NCBI RefSeq assembly: GCF_033153115.1
Contig: NW_026889758.1
Location: 36,518,001-36,582,000, forward strand
DNA from: Saccostrea echinata
Lineage: Eukaryota
Direction of reading: 5' to 3'
Length of the DNA: 64,000 nt
Shown: positions 1 through 12,361 of the stretch, one piece after another
Position numbering within the stretch: the stretch's first letter is position 1
Layout: every line of letters starts with the position of its first letter
Position numbers and translations under genes: made by a program
Notes under the pieces: generated by a model
Told to the model about the DNA's origin: nothing
What the model saw: the letters and a program-made list of their open reading frames with translations, nothing else
Databases searched by the model: none

Positions 1-762
1 TGAACAAGGGTCTTGGCTGGTTCAAATGTAATGTCATATTCCGTGAGACCGCATTCAATGAGGATAACAAATATTGGATATCTGTCAACATGTTTTGTAG
101 GGCTATCTTCAAGTAAGGCTTTGGCATAGGGAGTCTTGGTTTTCACAATGAGAGACTTGCCCATTAAATTACTGACCAACTTGCTGACATCTGTCTTTAA
201 GACCACTCGTTTGTTCACATAGACAAACTGATGGTCTTTCCTTGAACTACCTTCTTTGCCAAAATAAGCATGAATCTTAAAATACTCATTCTCAGCTTTC
301 AATTCACAAAGACACCTTGATTTTGCAGCCCCAAACAAACGGGTGAATGTGTTCAGCAAGGAATTAGTCTTGCGAGTCTGTAGAATAACTTGTCCTGTAC
401 AGTCATTTCTCAAGCTGAGAGAGATACTGGACTGAACTAGAGCAATGGCCTCCAACTTTTGCCTGATCTTTTCCAATTCCAGATTCTGGTTTATATGTTT
501 CTGTCTGACAGGAAGGTTGTAAAACAAGTCATGAGCTGTTATAGTTGTTCCCACACTAGGGCGAGGCACTGTGGATTCTATTACAGGCAATGGGCTTCCA
601 TTTTGGAATAACTTGCAGTAGGATACTTGGGAAACTTTGGTTCTTGAGACAATCTCTAACACAGCTGATATTTCTCTCAGACTTGCCACTGCCTCTCCAC
701 GGTATCCAAAGTAACACAAGTTGTCCAGGTCACTGACTGTATGGCACTTACTTGTGTAATAC
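1..762 (-). CDS. MLH3: MLH3 coding exon 3 (MutL ATPase/transducer region), truncated by window edge
   Basis: Acceptor tttggcag|G at 762. Translates RYYTSKCHTVSDLDNLCYFGYRGEAVASL...GTTITAHDLFYNLPVRQK...QFVYVNKRVVLKT...EYDITFEPAKTLV, matching MLH3-type MutL motifs (RYxTSK, GF/YRGEA, LFYxLPVR). Open to position 1. Confidence 0.95.
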
Positions 763-924
763 CTGCCAAATATTTTTAAAAAAATTGTTGAAAATTGGGT
801 GTTCTACTTTCACAAATTTCCCTCATTCACTTTAATGCTTTTGATCAGTCAATAGTGTAGCTAAAATAATTTACCAAAAAAAAAAATAATAATAATAATT
901 AATGGTGCAATGGTATTATGGGCA

Positions 925-1135
925 GGAGGGCCTATTGGCCCCAACAACTTAACTCTGCTGTTCTTCAGACGAACATTTTTAAAGATTTTTTCCCCTTATA
1001 TATTCCTGGGTTCATATGTAAAACTCTGGCCCCTATGAGCCATGATTTAAACAAACTTAAAAGTACATTACATGGGGAAACTGGCCTATCAATAACTTTT
1101 CATGGCTCTGCTATTCGATCTGCAAAGATATTTAC
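925..1135. mobile_element. Decayed HINE/166-bp-satellite-related fragment
   Basis: gggcctattggccc terminal palindrome, plus motifs (ctctgctgttctt, tttttaaaga, catgatttaaacaaactt) shared with the 22.2-23.2 kb element. Confidence 0.5.
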
Positions 1136-1414
1136 CCAGTAATTATTATGATATCAAACTATATTTTTATGCACAATTTGAATCAGCACCACTTTTTTTG
1201 TAGTGTAGCATCATAAATAATTTTAGACCATTTGAGTTAATGAAATATAAACAATTTTTGAAGCAGATGTCTTTCTATGCATGTACAACAAAATGAGGAT
1301 ATAGACATTTACAATTAAAAGTATTTTTAACATTTAAAAGTATTTTTGATAATGAAACAGTAATACATGTATGTGACACTTTATCCATGCATTTCTGCAA
1401 TGAGATTGCATGTA

Positions 1415-1593
1415 CCGTATATACTCGCCTATAAGTCGGTCCGCCTATAAGTCGGTTGCATTTTTTAAGCTTATATTAGAGGGATTGACCCTCTAAAATA
1501 CCAATCATTTTATGACTCGCCTATAAGTCGGACACAGAGTTTTGGACCAAAGTTCAACTCCCAGAAAACCGACTTATAGGCGAGTATATACGG
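1415..1593. mobile_element. pogo/Tc2-type MITE (179 bp)
   Basis: 26-bp TIR CCGTATATACTCGCCTATAAGTCGGT with its inverse at the right end. TA on both flanks. Internal repeats of cgcctataagtcgg. Confidence 0.85.
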
Positions 1594-2271
1594 TATGTAG
1601 TTACATTTAAGAATATTCATAAGAAAAGCTACAATCTGCAATTGATTTCTTTACCTACGTACTATAAGTGCAGAAGGCTTTTTCTCATAATTTTTGGTGC
1701 AGACTTCTATTTTATATAAATAACACAGGCAAATTCATGTTCATTTTTCTTCAACCTCCTCCCAAACCCCTAGCATAAAATTAAAAAGGTTTCTACAACT
1801 GACATAGCCTATAGCTCTAATGTTTAAATATATAAACTTCATCTATAAAATCTTCATCAAAACTAGAAATATGTCCATATATAGGATATGAATGCCACAT
1901 CTGATTTGGTATATCTGTACAGTATTGCAACATGAAAAGACTTTTTCCTTATTTCATTAGTCTTGATTTAGAAGCCGGTAGTAAAATACAATGAAGCAAG
2001 AAAAATGTTCATATTTTTTCATATCCAGAACTGAATGACATTTTTGCAGTTGTTGCTTTTTGTAGCATGGTATATATATAATTCTTTATACACACAGATG
2101 ATGTCTTATTTCTTTAAATTCATTCTCATTGTAAGCAGTGAATTTACATAAGATCTTTGAAGTACATACCATACATGTATCATGCTACATGTATTATCTT
2201 CACAGAAAAGTTTTTAAAGTTAATAATTCTTTGCATAAACAGATACAATTTAATATGAAATTGCTTAAAAT

Positions 2272-3721
2272 AAACCAGAAGTCTCTGATGAGACTGTAGC
2301 TCTACTGGTCTGTTTGTATAACAAAAGAAAAGTAGCACTTGGATTTGAAACATTGCAACATGCAACAATAAATAGAATTATGTATCTTAATGTAGTCTAC
2401 TTCTGTGCCAAGTTATATTGAAATCAAATGAAAACTGTAGGAGGAGTAGCGTTTTGAAAGTATTTCAGGGAAATTTCTATTTTTAGTAACCATGACAACA
2501 CCATTCACCCAAATAAAAAAAAACAGAAATACATATTATGTATCGTAGTATATTCTAACTGTGTGCCAAATTAGATTGAAATCAGACCAAAATTGTAGGA
2601 GGAGTAACGTTTAATGGGAATTTCACAAAAATTTCTATTTTAAGTAACCATGGCAACACTGTTCATTGAATTCAAAAACCAATGCAATAAATTATGTATC
2701 TTAGTATAGTCTTCTTGTATGCCTAATTATATTAAAAGCAGACTAAAACTGTAGCAGGAGTAGTGTTTTAAAGGAATTTCATAGAAATTTCTATTTTTAG
2801 TAACCATGGCAACACCGTCCATTGAATTCAAAAACCGATGCACTAAATTATGTATCTTAGTGTAGTCTACTTGTGTGCCAAGTTATATTGAAATCGGACC
2901 AAAACTGTAGGAGGAGTAGCATTTTAAAGGAATTTCACAGAAATTTATATTTTTAGTAACCATGGCAACACCGTCCATCGAAATCAAAAACCGATGCACT
3001 AAATTATGTATCTTAGTGTTGTCTACTTGTGTGCCAAGTTATATTGAAATCGGACCAAAACTGTAGGAGGAGTAGCATTTTAAAGGAATTTCAAAGAAAT
3101 TTCTATTTCTAGTAACCATGGCAACACCGTCCATCGAAATCAAAAACCGATGCACTAAATTATGTATCTTAGTGTAGTCTACTTGTGTGCCAAGTTATAT
3201 TGAAATCGGACCAAAACTGTAGGAGGAGTAGCGTTTTAAAGGAATTTCAAAGAAATTTCTATTTCTAGTAACCATGGCAACACTGTCCTTCGAAATCAAA
3301 AACCGATGCACTAAATTATGTATCTTAGTGTTGTCTACTTGTGTGCCAAGTTATATTGAAATCGGACCAAAACTGTAGGAGGAGTAGCATTTTAAAGGAA
3401 TTTCACAGAAATTTCTATTTTTAGTAACCATGGCAACACCGTCCATCAAAATCAAAAACCAATGCACTAATTTATGTATCTTAGTGTAGTCTACTTGTGT
3501 GCCAAGTTATATTGAAATCTGACCAAAACTGAAGGAGGAGTAGCGTTTTAAAGGAATTTCACAGAAATTTCTATTTTTAGTAACCATGGCAACACCGTCC
3601 ATCGAAATCAAAAATCGATGCACTAAATTATGTATCTTAGTGTAGTCTACTTGTGTGCCAAGTTATATTGAAATTGGACCAAAACTGTAGGAGGAGGAGC
3701 GTTTTGAAAAATTGTTTACAG

Positions 3722-3759
<38 letters not shown>

Positions 3760-3828
3760 GGACGGACGACGGACACCTTACTATCGCATAAGCTCTTCTG
3801 GTCTCTGACCAGTAGAGCTAAAAAAAAC
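2272..3828 (-). mobile_element. HINE/DINE-1-like non-autonomous Helentron element with central tandem array
   Basis: Read on the minus strand: T-run, subTIR agctctactggtc with partial inverted copy (3791-3819), (TCTG/TCCG)n microsatellite (~3718-3775), 156-bp tandem repeats, second subTIR (~2298-2310), short palindrome agtctc..gagact, then TTT. Confidence 0.85.
2377..3705. repeat. 156-bp tandem repeat array, ~8.5 units
   Basis: Marker GTAACCATGRCAAC at 2486, 2644, 2800, 2956, 3112, 3268, 3424 and 3580. Period is 156 (first unit 158). Confidence 0.95.
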
Positions 3829-4624
3829 ACATTAACGTATCATTACGTCAAATGCATGGAAATCAAGGTCAGAAAATGTTGACACAATTAAACTGTTCTC
3901 ACCAATATGCATCAGTGCTGGAACAGTATCTTTAAAACTGAATATAACACAAATTGGGGAAAAGTGAGGTCAAAATCAAATGTAAGGTCAAGGTCAGAAA
4001 ATTTACAACAGTTGAATTGCTTCACTAATATGTATTAGTGTATTAAGTTTGATGTAAATCTTTAACTGAGCTAAGTTAACACAAAATGAAGTTAAGGGAG
4101 ATGAAGATTAAACAGGAGGTCTAGGTTGGAAATCTTATTAAAGTTCAGTTGCACTGGATCTCCAATATGTGTATCAGTTTATGAAGTAAGATGAAAATAT
4201 CTTGAACATAGTTTATTTGAACACATGGCTCATCTCATTAAACAATAAATAAAAATGTAATTTGGTGTAGTTATGAAGAAATCCACTTTTTTTCACTTTT
4301 GCTGTATTTTCCCCCAATATTCAAGTACCATCTGTACCTATTAGACTGCCATTGCTGAAATTCCCAACACATTTTGCACCTGTGTCTACCACTGATTAAA
4401 TCATCAGCTGGATATTACCTGACTTTTAAGTTTTGATGTTCTTACAAATATTCTCTAATTGATCATCATGTTGTTTCCATTTCTGGCACTTTCTGCATGG
4501 TATTACGGTAAATGAAAACAACTCAATCCATGCAGATTTCAATGAAACATGAGTAGTCTCTTAATACTTTAATTAAGAACCATTACTTAAAATAAAATAA
4601 CTGAGGAGCTATGTTACTGCTGAC

Positions 4625-4730
4625 CTCTCTGCCACTGTTTCTAAGTCATTCTTCTGTATTCCATGTCCATTGTCAAACACCTGAACCTTGAATCGTGACA
4701 TGTCCACCCTCACAGCAATGCATGTTGCAC
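4625..4730 (-). CDS. MLH3: MLH3 coding exon 2
   Basis: ttgtag|GT...AG|gtca. Encodes GATCIAVRVDMSRFKVQVFDNGHGIQKNDLETVAER (GHKL DNGxG motif). Phases 1 and 2 fit the neighbouring exons. Confidence 0.95.
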
Positions 4731-5016
4731 CTACAAAATAAAACGTGTGTGTACAACGGAGGAGTAAATAACACAATTAGAGTACAGAATGCACTCTTGG
4801 AGGTTGAACTTTTCAATGTTTTGATAATTTATGTATTACATGTGTTTACTTCATAAAAACATGTACATAGATATTTTGAGATTTCAACAACAAAAAAATA
4901 TATTAATGCATTTTTAGAGTCTGGATTGTTATGGAATAAGTCTTAACCTTCAACCCCTCTAATCAGTAATGAACTTGTCTTTACAGTACCAAATGTGCTA
5001 TGATTAGGTCAAAATA

Positions 5017-5989
5017 CGAGGGGTGATCAAAAAGCTCGTCGCGAACTAATTGAATTACTTCCATAAAAGAAATGAAATTAGGTTTCAGTGTTCATTATCA
5101 TTTGACGTAGTCCTCTCCGATTTAAATGCACATCTGCAACCGTTCTGTGCATGTCCGAATCGCGTGATATAGGCGGTCACGTGACATGCTCCGTAGCGTT
5201 CTGTTCACAGAAGCTAAAAGATTTTTCCGAGTCTTATTTTACTTACCATGCAAGTTATTTTTTATAACAAGAACAGTGAATTTGTCAGAAATGGCAAAAT
5301 CTCTGCAATAGGATGGGTGAATAAGGATATCCTTTCCCACAATGAGCATGACCACCATCACAACCCGAGTCTTCTGTCTTGGAAGCGTCGTTCATACATT
5401 GTGGATACAGTATGGGCGCCTTCTTTTTATCATATCTGATATGTTTAAAGTCTTAAGTAAACAGTATTTTAGGGATTTAATAATTATATTACAGTGTATA
5501 GTTAAGATATTCAACTATTTTTTCTGACTGTAACTTGGCAATCTTTTATAACAAATTGCTCAACTAAGGACACATCTCTTCCCCAGCTTGCTTTCATTGA
5601 GCAACAGAACAAACATCATTTTTAACCATCTCCCTTCCTTCACTAAAACAATCGATCCAATTAATGATTGAACTTCTAGCAAGTCTTTTGTCTTCACAAA
5701 CTTTGTACAAATCATTATATGCTACTGCAAAGGAATTTCCAAGACACACGTAAAACTTTACAGCCTTGCGTTGCGCGAGTACTACTGAGTCAATCATTTT
5801 TAGTAACAAGTCAACTACAGATTGATATCATTTTCACATTGTGACGTCACAAACATGGAGCAAAACACTACATAACATTTGCTATTTATAGAACATCTGT
5901 ATGACTTCATCTGTGCCAAATTTCATTTTGATCTGAATTGTGGTTTTGAAAATATAGAGATAGTTTGCGAACTTTTTGATCACCCCTCG
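5017..5989 (-). mobile_element. Internally deleted, decayed mariner (irritans/Hsmar2-like ends)
   Basis: TIR CGAGGGGTGATCAAAAAG with its inverse, TA TSD both sides. Minus-strand remnants: N-terminal HTH (QRKAVKFYVCLG...INWIDCFSEGRE), HPSYCRDFAISD (~HPPYSPDLAPSD) and a C-terminal RLQMC..GEDYV. Confidence 0.9.
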
Positions 5990-6806
5990 TACTGTTCACG
6001 GTTTCATAACACTCATTTCCATGCAAGCTAAAAAAACCTTTTTAATACTTAAAATCTTAACCTGTACATTGTTCAATAATCCATTTTACCTATTTCCTAC
6101 AAAATGTGGAATGAAAACATATCATGAGGTTTGTAGTTTTTTTTCAGCAGATGCATACATGTATACATGTATATGAGCATAAGATTGCAAGGTACGGTAC
6201 ACTTAAATTCAATGGCTCATATGGAAGTGGAGCTACAAAATCATTGCATGTTTTTTTTGTGTTGGCCAAGAGAGATTGAACATAAGTTCAAAAGTTCAAC
6301 TCCCAAAAACTGACAAGTACATGCATTTTGATTCTTAAATATCTTTGTTCAGATTTCAAATATTTATATCATGCTTATGTCACAGACTCACAGTCATAAA
6401 ATTGGTAAATTTTTTGTTGAAATAAAGTCATAAACACCTTATGGGTTTGATATAATATTATATTCAATATATGAAAAAATGGTCATTGAAAAGACAATTC
6501 TTTATCATCATTGTAAAATGAGACTGACAATTTGGAGATAAATTCTAATTTCTTTCTTTCTCCTTGCTGTCAAAGGATGGAGTTGGTTAGTTGAGATATT
6601 TGGCACCAAGCATGTGCACATTATGTAAAACTGATAGATCACCATCAATCATACAACTCTAAGCTACATCCTAGCTGACCTTTCTCACTCCAAATCCAAC
6701 CCATGAGCATTTAACTTCAAATGAATGAACTATTTCAGTTTTCAAGACACCAGATTTGATTAAATAAAAAGCATCATATTTAATTTAAACATTAAGTTTT
6801 ATTAAC

Positions 6807-6930
6807 CTGCATCTATTGAGTTTAGGACAAGCTCCTCCATACACTGTACCATGCTAGTTAACGCCACACCTGTCCTAAGGAGGGACTGCAGGTCGGGTGA
6901 CAGAGGTTGTAGTGCTCTTTTAACATCCAT
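6807..6930 (-). CDS. MLH3: MLH3 coding exon 1
   Basis: ATG at 6930. Encodes MDVKRALQPLSPDLQSLLRTGVALTSMVQCMEELVLNSIDAG (MLH3-type LRxG...QCxEELxLNSIDA). Donor G|gttaat. Confidence 0.93.
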
Positions 6931-7719
6931 TGTGTACACAACACCAATTACCACGCTTACTTAAGTAACCTCACCTTGCATCATTTTTCTAATCTTAAAA
7001 AGCAGAAGAAAGAGCTCAACATAATGCTATACTTAACGCATATTTACAGTTATAAAACATCATATAACAAGGTAAAGATCAAATGCAAATGTCAATACTG
7101 GTCAATACACTGATACATGTGCCCAGTTCACATTTTGTATTGTTTAAAGAATTTGTGAAAATGATCACTGTTCTTTATAGCGAGTGCAGTGAGGCGGCGC
7201 AGAGCGCCGCTCGCGGCCGCCGCTCGCATAGCGAGCTCCATAGACAACGTGTACGAACGGAGGAAATTGGGGTTGAAATCTGCACATTGTTCAAAGAAAT
7301 TTTTATTGTCCCACGTGAAAATATTCAATACTCCCAATAATCCTTTGCAGTGCATAGCAACATGGTGCTTTATCATAGCAACAACTTACTTGATAATAAT
7401 AATAAACAACGATTTGTTTCAATTTCCATGCCATAATTGCCCACAAAACTATTGTTTGCGTCCTTGGACACCACTTTGTATGTGACGTCATATTTTCGTC
7501 ACTTCAACGATTTGGGTATATCCGATTTTGTCGGAAATATCCAAGAAATTAGGAATTTCGATCCCGATGCATGGGGAGTCTGCAACGTTAGAGAATATAT
7601 ACTTCAATAATGGTTTTTAAAAAAAAAAAAATTATGTACGATACACAGTAAACGCGTGATAAAAGTGTTATAAGCAGAATGTAAAACGACATCTGAGAAG
7701 ATGTGTAGAGTTTAGAAAA

Positions 7720-7839
7720 CACAGGGGCTTGCTCCCGGCGTGTAATAATTATTTATTTTTAAAAAATCATGTTTTAGTATTACCGTATATGATTTTTTTT
7801 AAATAAATAATTATTACACGCCGGGAGCAAGCCCCTGTG
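7720..7839. mobile_element. 120-bp foldback MITE with CACA...TGTG ends and 5-bp TSD (Transib/RAG-like signature)
   Basis: 39-bp perfect TIR CACAGGGGCTTGCTCCCGGCGTGTAATAATTATTTATTT. GAAAA at 7715-7719 and 7840-7844. Confidence 0.7.
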
Positions 7840-8149
7840 GAAAATGAACTGCGCTCGCCCTAACGGTTTCATCGTCGGACATGTTACAATCTATTTATAA
7901 TTTCAGCACATTTAACTGTTTGTTACATAATCTGTCAATATGCATTACCCGATGATTTATCAGTTTATAACTAGTTTGCTGACAGTCAGACAAGTACGAT
8001 TGAATGAAAGTAAACTTTTAAAAAACAAACCATTGTTACTTTATAGAGTAACATCTTGGCATTTATAAAACATAATTCATTTCCACTATACGGAAATAGC
8101 CCACACAGCATTAGTCATTGCATGCAAAACTTTCTACTTTCGAATTCAA

Positions 8150-8462
8150 GAAGTAGCGCGAGATATTCGCGAGATTTACCTTGTTACTAAGCCAGATAAA
8201 ACATTTACTTTTAATTCAATATTCAGATTATTTTATCGTATAAAAATTAATTTTTTATTACATAGTTATTAACATTTTACTGTTTTAAAATGGTATTATC
8301 TTTTATTATCCCACTTTACTCCTTTTAGAACTTTGCCCTATTTTGTTTACGTATCAGTTGTCAAGCTAATGTAAACAATATGGCGGCGACCATGCCAGTT
8401 TTTATTGGGTTGTGACAACAGGTATACAATAGAGGGAACAAAGCAGTTATCAGCCTAAAACG
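8150..8462. promoter_or_regulatory. Probable bidirectional promoter and non-coding first exon of the ZC2HC1C-like gene
   Basis: Two (T)CGCGAGA motifs at 8157-8174. Forkhead sites TGTTTAC (8344) and GTAAACA (8371). YY1-like AATATGGCGGC (8377-8387). Donor CG|GTAAGG after 8462 could splice to the acceptor ttcatgcag at 10442. Confidence 0.55.
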
Positions 8463-10462
8463 GTAAGGGAAAAATATTGGCACAGTTGTATTCAATAACG
8501 TGAGGTAACTTCATAAGAATATTTAAAAGAAAATTAACAAATACCAGAAGGTAATTATCTTAATTAATAATATGATTTAGGCCTAGCTATGTACGAATAA
8601 TTTGAAAAATAAGACAATAACTTATTTCATATGTATTTAGCCTATCGACCTCCCGAAAAAAATATCCTCTAACTTTTAAAGTTTATTTCTTTAGAAAAAT
8701 AATGTTTTATTCATGAACTTTATGTCTCTGGAGCAGGCTGGAAACCATGCATATTTGTACATGTACTGGGATCTAAAACTGATATTAGTTATAAATTAAT
8801 ATTAAGCGTAAATGGTGTAGAAAAAGATAACTATCATCATGCTATTTCTTGAGTTTGACCTTTTATTTATATCAAAAACAATATTTGTAAAAAAGATTTC
8901 TGATTTTTTTCCTTTGTACCTCTAATCAAGAATGTTATAGGTGTTAACCATTTTTTTTGGGGGGGGGGGGATATTAATTTACTAAAATTGACCCTCCTTG
9001 TATCTACAATTGATTGAAAGAAAATGCATAAAAATTTTAGCCATTGACATTGGAATATCACAGAGTGTTTACGATTGTTTTAATTATTGTTATTCAATTT
9101 ATTTTGGTTTAGAGATCAAGATAAATCAAGTTTCAAGACGAATCGGTAGCTTTCTAATAATCAACCATATTAATATCGAATATATGTTAATTGTATTAGA
9201 TAATTTCAAAGACGCATTGGTACAGACTGAGAACCTATTTGTTTATATATTTTTTTTTTGGAATTTAATATCTGTTTATAATCATATAAGCAAATTTAAT
9301 TTTTGTTTCTTTTTTTTTTTAAATGTTCTAATTTCTTTTTTTAATTCAACTTAACATGTATTATTTACATGATCATTAAATAAGTTCAGGGATTTAAATA
9401 TTAGTTATGAATCCAATTTAAAACTCAATACATAATAATGGTTTCATATTTCAGTGGCATAAAAGTACATTAGTTAAACTATGCTAGGTTCTTATATTTA
9501 ATGATTTTGTCATGATATTGATGATGATCTTTGAAATGCATTGTATTTGCAGACAACATATTATAAGGACATTTTTTTCTATTTCTATGATCATTTACTA
9601 CTGGTAGGGGTTCCCTGGTAGGATATTTCTATTGCGTGAAATACCTAATATATGAGGATTAGTTAATTAATGTATGAGAATTAATTAACAGTCACAAAGT
9701 AGATGTTTGTATAAGCTTAATAATTTCAAGCTAATTATGTTTACAATTTATAAACACGTTAAAACCTGATTTTTTTGTTTTACCAGTAATTACCTGTTAA
9801 AGAAAGAGAAACAAAAGAACAATTTTAAAAAGACAGCAGTGTTTTTAAGCTGAATCAATTTAGAATGGATAGTAACACTTTATGTGTAATAATTAATTGA
9901 AATGCATAAATAATTGCAATTTAATTCATGAATAATCTTGAAATTTAATTCATGAAAAATGAAAATGGATCTCTTCAACATGTAACCTTTTATATTCAAA
10001 ATTTCATCATTTTACTTTGACTGCTTGTTGCAACAAAGCAGAGATTAATAAGACACAGACACTGTACATACATGAGAAGGTGATCTTTCAGTCAATCAAA
10101 TCAGCTCCCTTGTGGATTTATGCTATATCAATTATTGATACCTTGCTTGGGAAGGTAATGGATTTGAGAGAGATTGATCCTCTTTGTTGCTTACCTTTAT
10201 CTATAAACACATACATTTGTATATGTACCACTCAGTGGATTGTTACAGTGAGTGAGTGTATTGATGACAGGGAGAATTTAATATTTCTTCAATATTAGAA
10301 AACGTATGCAACAAGGGAAGTAATTTCTTAGCTCATGACCATGAAATTAAATTAGAATTTGATACATAAAATAAATTATGTGAATAAATTCTGTTTAGGT
10401 TAGTTTATTGAATTATATTACGCTTTAATTATTTTCATGCAGGTACACTTTTGCAAGCCCAA

Positions 10463-11434
10463 ATGAGCACACTGGATTATGCTCCTGCAGCTACAGGGAT
10501 GTCAAAGATACCCAGATTTCAGCCTCAATCTCACCCCTTACCACCTCTAGAGACCAACAATGACAGAACAGGACAGAAGCCCTCCAGACTTCAGCAGCTT
10601 CAATCCAACTATCAACAGAAAATACTCAGGGAAAAGGAAGAGAAACTCATTAATATGTATGAAGAAAACCAGAAGAGAGCTCTTCAAAAAATGCAAACCA
10701 AGGGCTCCATGAGAGATTTCTTCAAACAACGTAGAGAGATGGAACAAAATGGAAATATTCAGCAAGCACCAACTATGACTAACCATTACAAGAAGATGAG
10801 ACAGGTTGGTTCTTCACCAACTGGAGGCACCTGGTCCCCAAACAGCAGACAACATTCTGGAAGCTCCATCAATTCCATGGGACGTGACAGGAGTAAACCT
10901 TTGGCTCCTATTGACCGTAATGCTCCAGTACCCCAGAAACCTCAAAGACATGGTCGCCCAAAAACCAAAGATTCCATTGTTGAAGAAAAAAAGCAACATT
11001 TTAATGGGAATATCAAGGGTGCTCATGCAAGTTCCAATGGTGTCAGCTACAGATCTGAGAGATCTCCAGTGGGTGAAACCCCTCCTCCAAACATGTCAAA
11101 CCTGAAAAGTATTAGAAATCAGAAAATTAACAGATCTGGAAAACCTCCTTCTGGAAAACCACAACAAGCCAAGATGTCAGACTTCCAGAAATTCCAGATG
11201 GATCAGGATCAGGCACGAGAAAATAGGTTAAAGGCTCACAGGGAGGCACAAAGACAGGAAAATTCAGGCTATGAGTACGAAACCAGCGAGGATGAGGCAG
11301 ATGAAAATGAAGAAAATAATTACAATCCTCAAGAGGATATTGCTAGGAAACAGCGAGAACTCATGGAAAGAATTGCTAATCAGCAGGCTGAACTGGAGAG
11401 GATCAGACTTGAGAGAGAACGGGAAGAAATTGAG
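10463..11434 (+). CDS. ZC2HC1C: ZC2HC1C-like zinc finger C2HC protein, coding exon 1
   Basis: ATG at 10463 just after the acceptor at 10442. 324 open codons (low complexity/coiled coil). Donor GAG|gtagat, phase 0. Confidence 0.85.
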
Positions 11435-11744
11435 GTAGATACTAGACAATTGATACAAAAAATACTTTTGTTTATTTTGATTATTATGAGTATTTAATTA
11501 CATGATGATTAAAAGTAAAAATTAAAATTATTAAAATCGATTATTAAATTTAAGATTAGAATTTAAAGTACTCTACCATGATTATAAAAAAGTGGCTTGC
11601 ATCTTTCAGTGTTGAATCTTATGAATATAATCATACAGATAGGAAAACATTCATTCCATCTGTTGTAAAAAAGTGACTTGCATCTCTTTCAGTGATTATA
11701 ATTTTATAATAAACAAACTGAGGAGAAAATCCATTCCATCATCA

Positions 11745-12305
11745 ACTTCCCATATTTATGTAGCATTAATTCTATCACCTGCATATGGGGTCTATGTCTC
11801 CCCATTAATTTGGTACATAATTTTTTTTTATAAATCAAGGCAGGCTACTGACATACAAGTAGATGAAAGAGGGCTTTTAAATTAACATTTCAAATTTTGA
11901 CTTCAGATTACCCTGTTGACCTGATCAATATATACAGAGGGCCAGCGTGTGACAGGTCAACAGGGGATTCTTACAATACTCCTCCTAGGCACCTGGCCTC
12001 ATGATCATGAAGCAGTTTTAATAAAGTCAGAATTTGTACATTTATCAAAAAGTTTTGTTTTAGAAAACACATAAAATTTGAAATGTTATTAAAAATTGTT
12101 CCCCATGGCCCTTTCATGTTGTTAATTTTAATTTCAAACGTAAGTTTAAAAAACATTTTGAATAATTGAAATTTTTACTTAATTCCAGGATACTTCTTGG
12201 GGCCTGATCCCACCTCTGGTATTTCCAGAGGCCCATTTTTTGCCCTGTTCTTAATTTGTATTATTTTTATGATTTATGAGATTTATCACTGTTTGTTATC
12301 TTCAT
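11745..12305 (+). mobile_element. Strongly decayed 3' part of a Naiad Penelope-like element in the ZC2HC1C intron
   Basis: SPAYGVYVS remnant. 3' motif gtgtgacaggtcaacagggga...ctcctcctaggcacctg / ctgatcccacctctgg..ccagagg, split by an AT-rich ~180-bp insert. Confidence 0.7.
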
Positions 12306-12361
12306 CTTCTTATCTTCTTAGTGATTATTATTCAAACAATGTGTACTTTTCATATCTATAG

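Noticed and set aside
2377-3705. Regular repeat array as a possible CRISPR
   Set aside because: Head-to-tail 156-bp units with no unique spacers, no cas genes, a eukaryotic intron context, and HINE ends.
1861-4400. Possible older HINE enclosing the 156-bp element (aactagaaatatgtcc start; ggtcaaggtca repeats at 3.86-4.2 kb)
   Set aside because: Too degenerate to define ends or unit length by eye.
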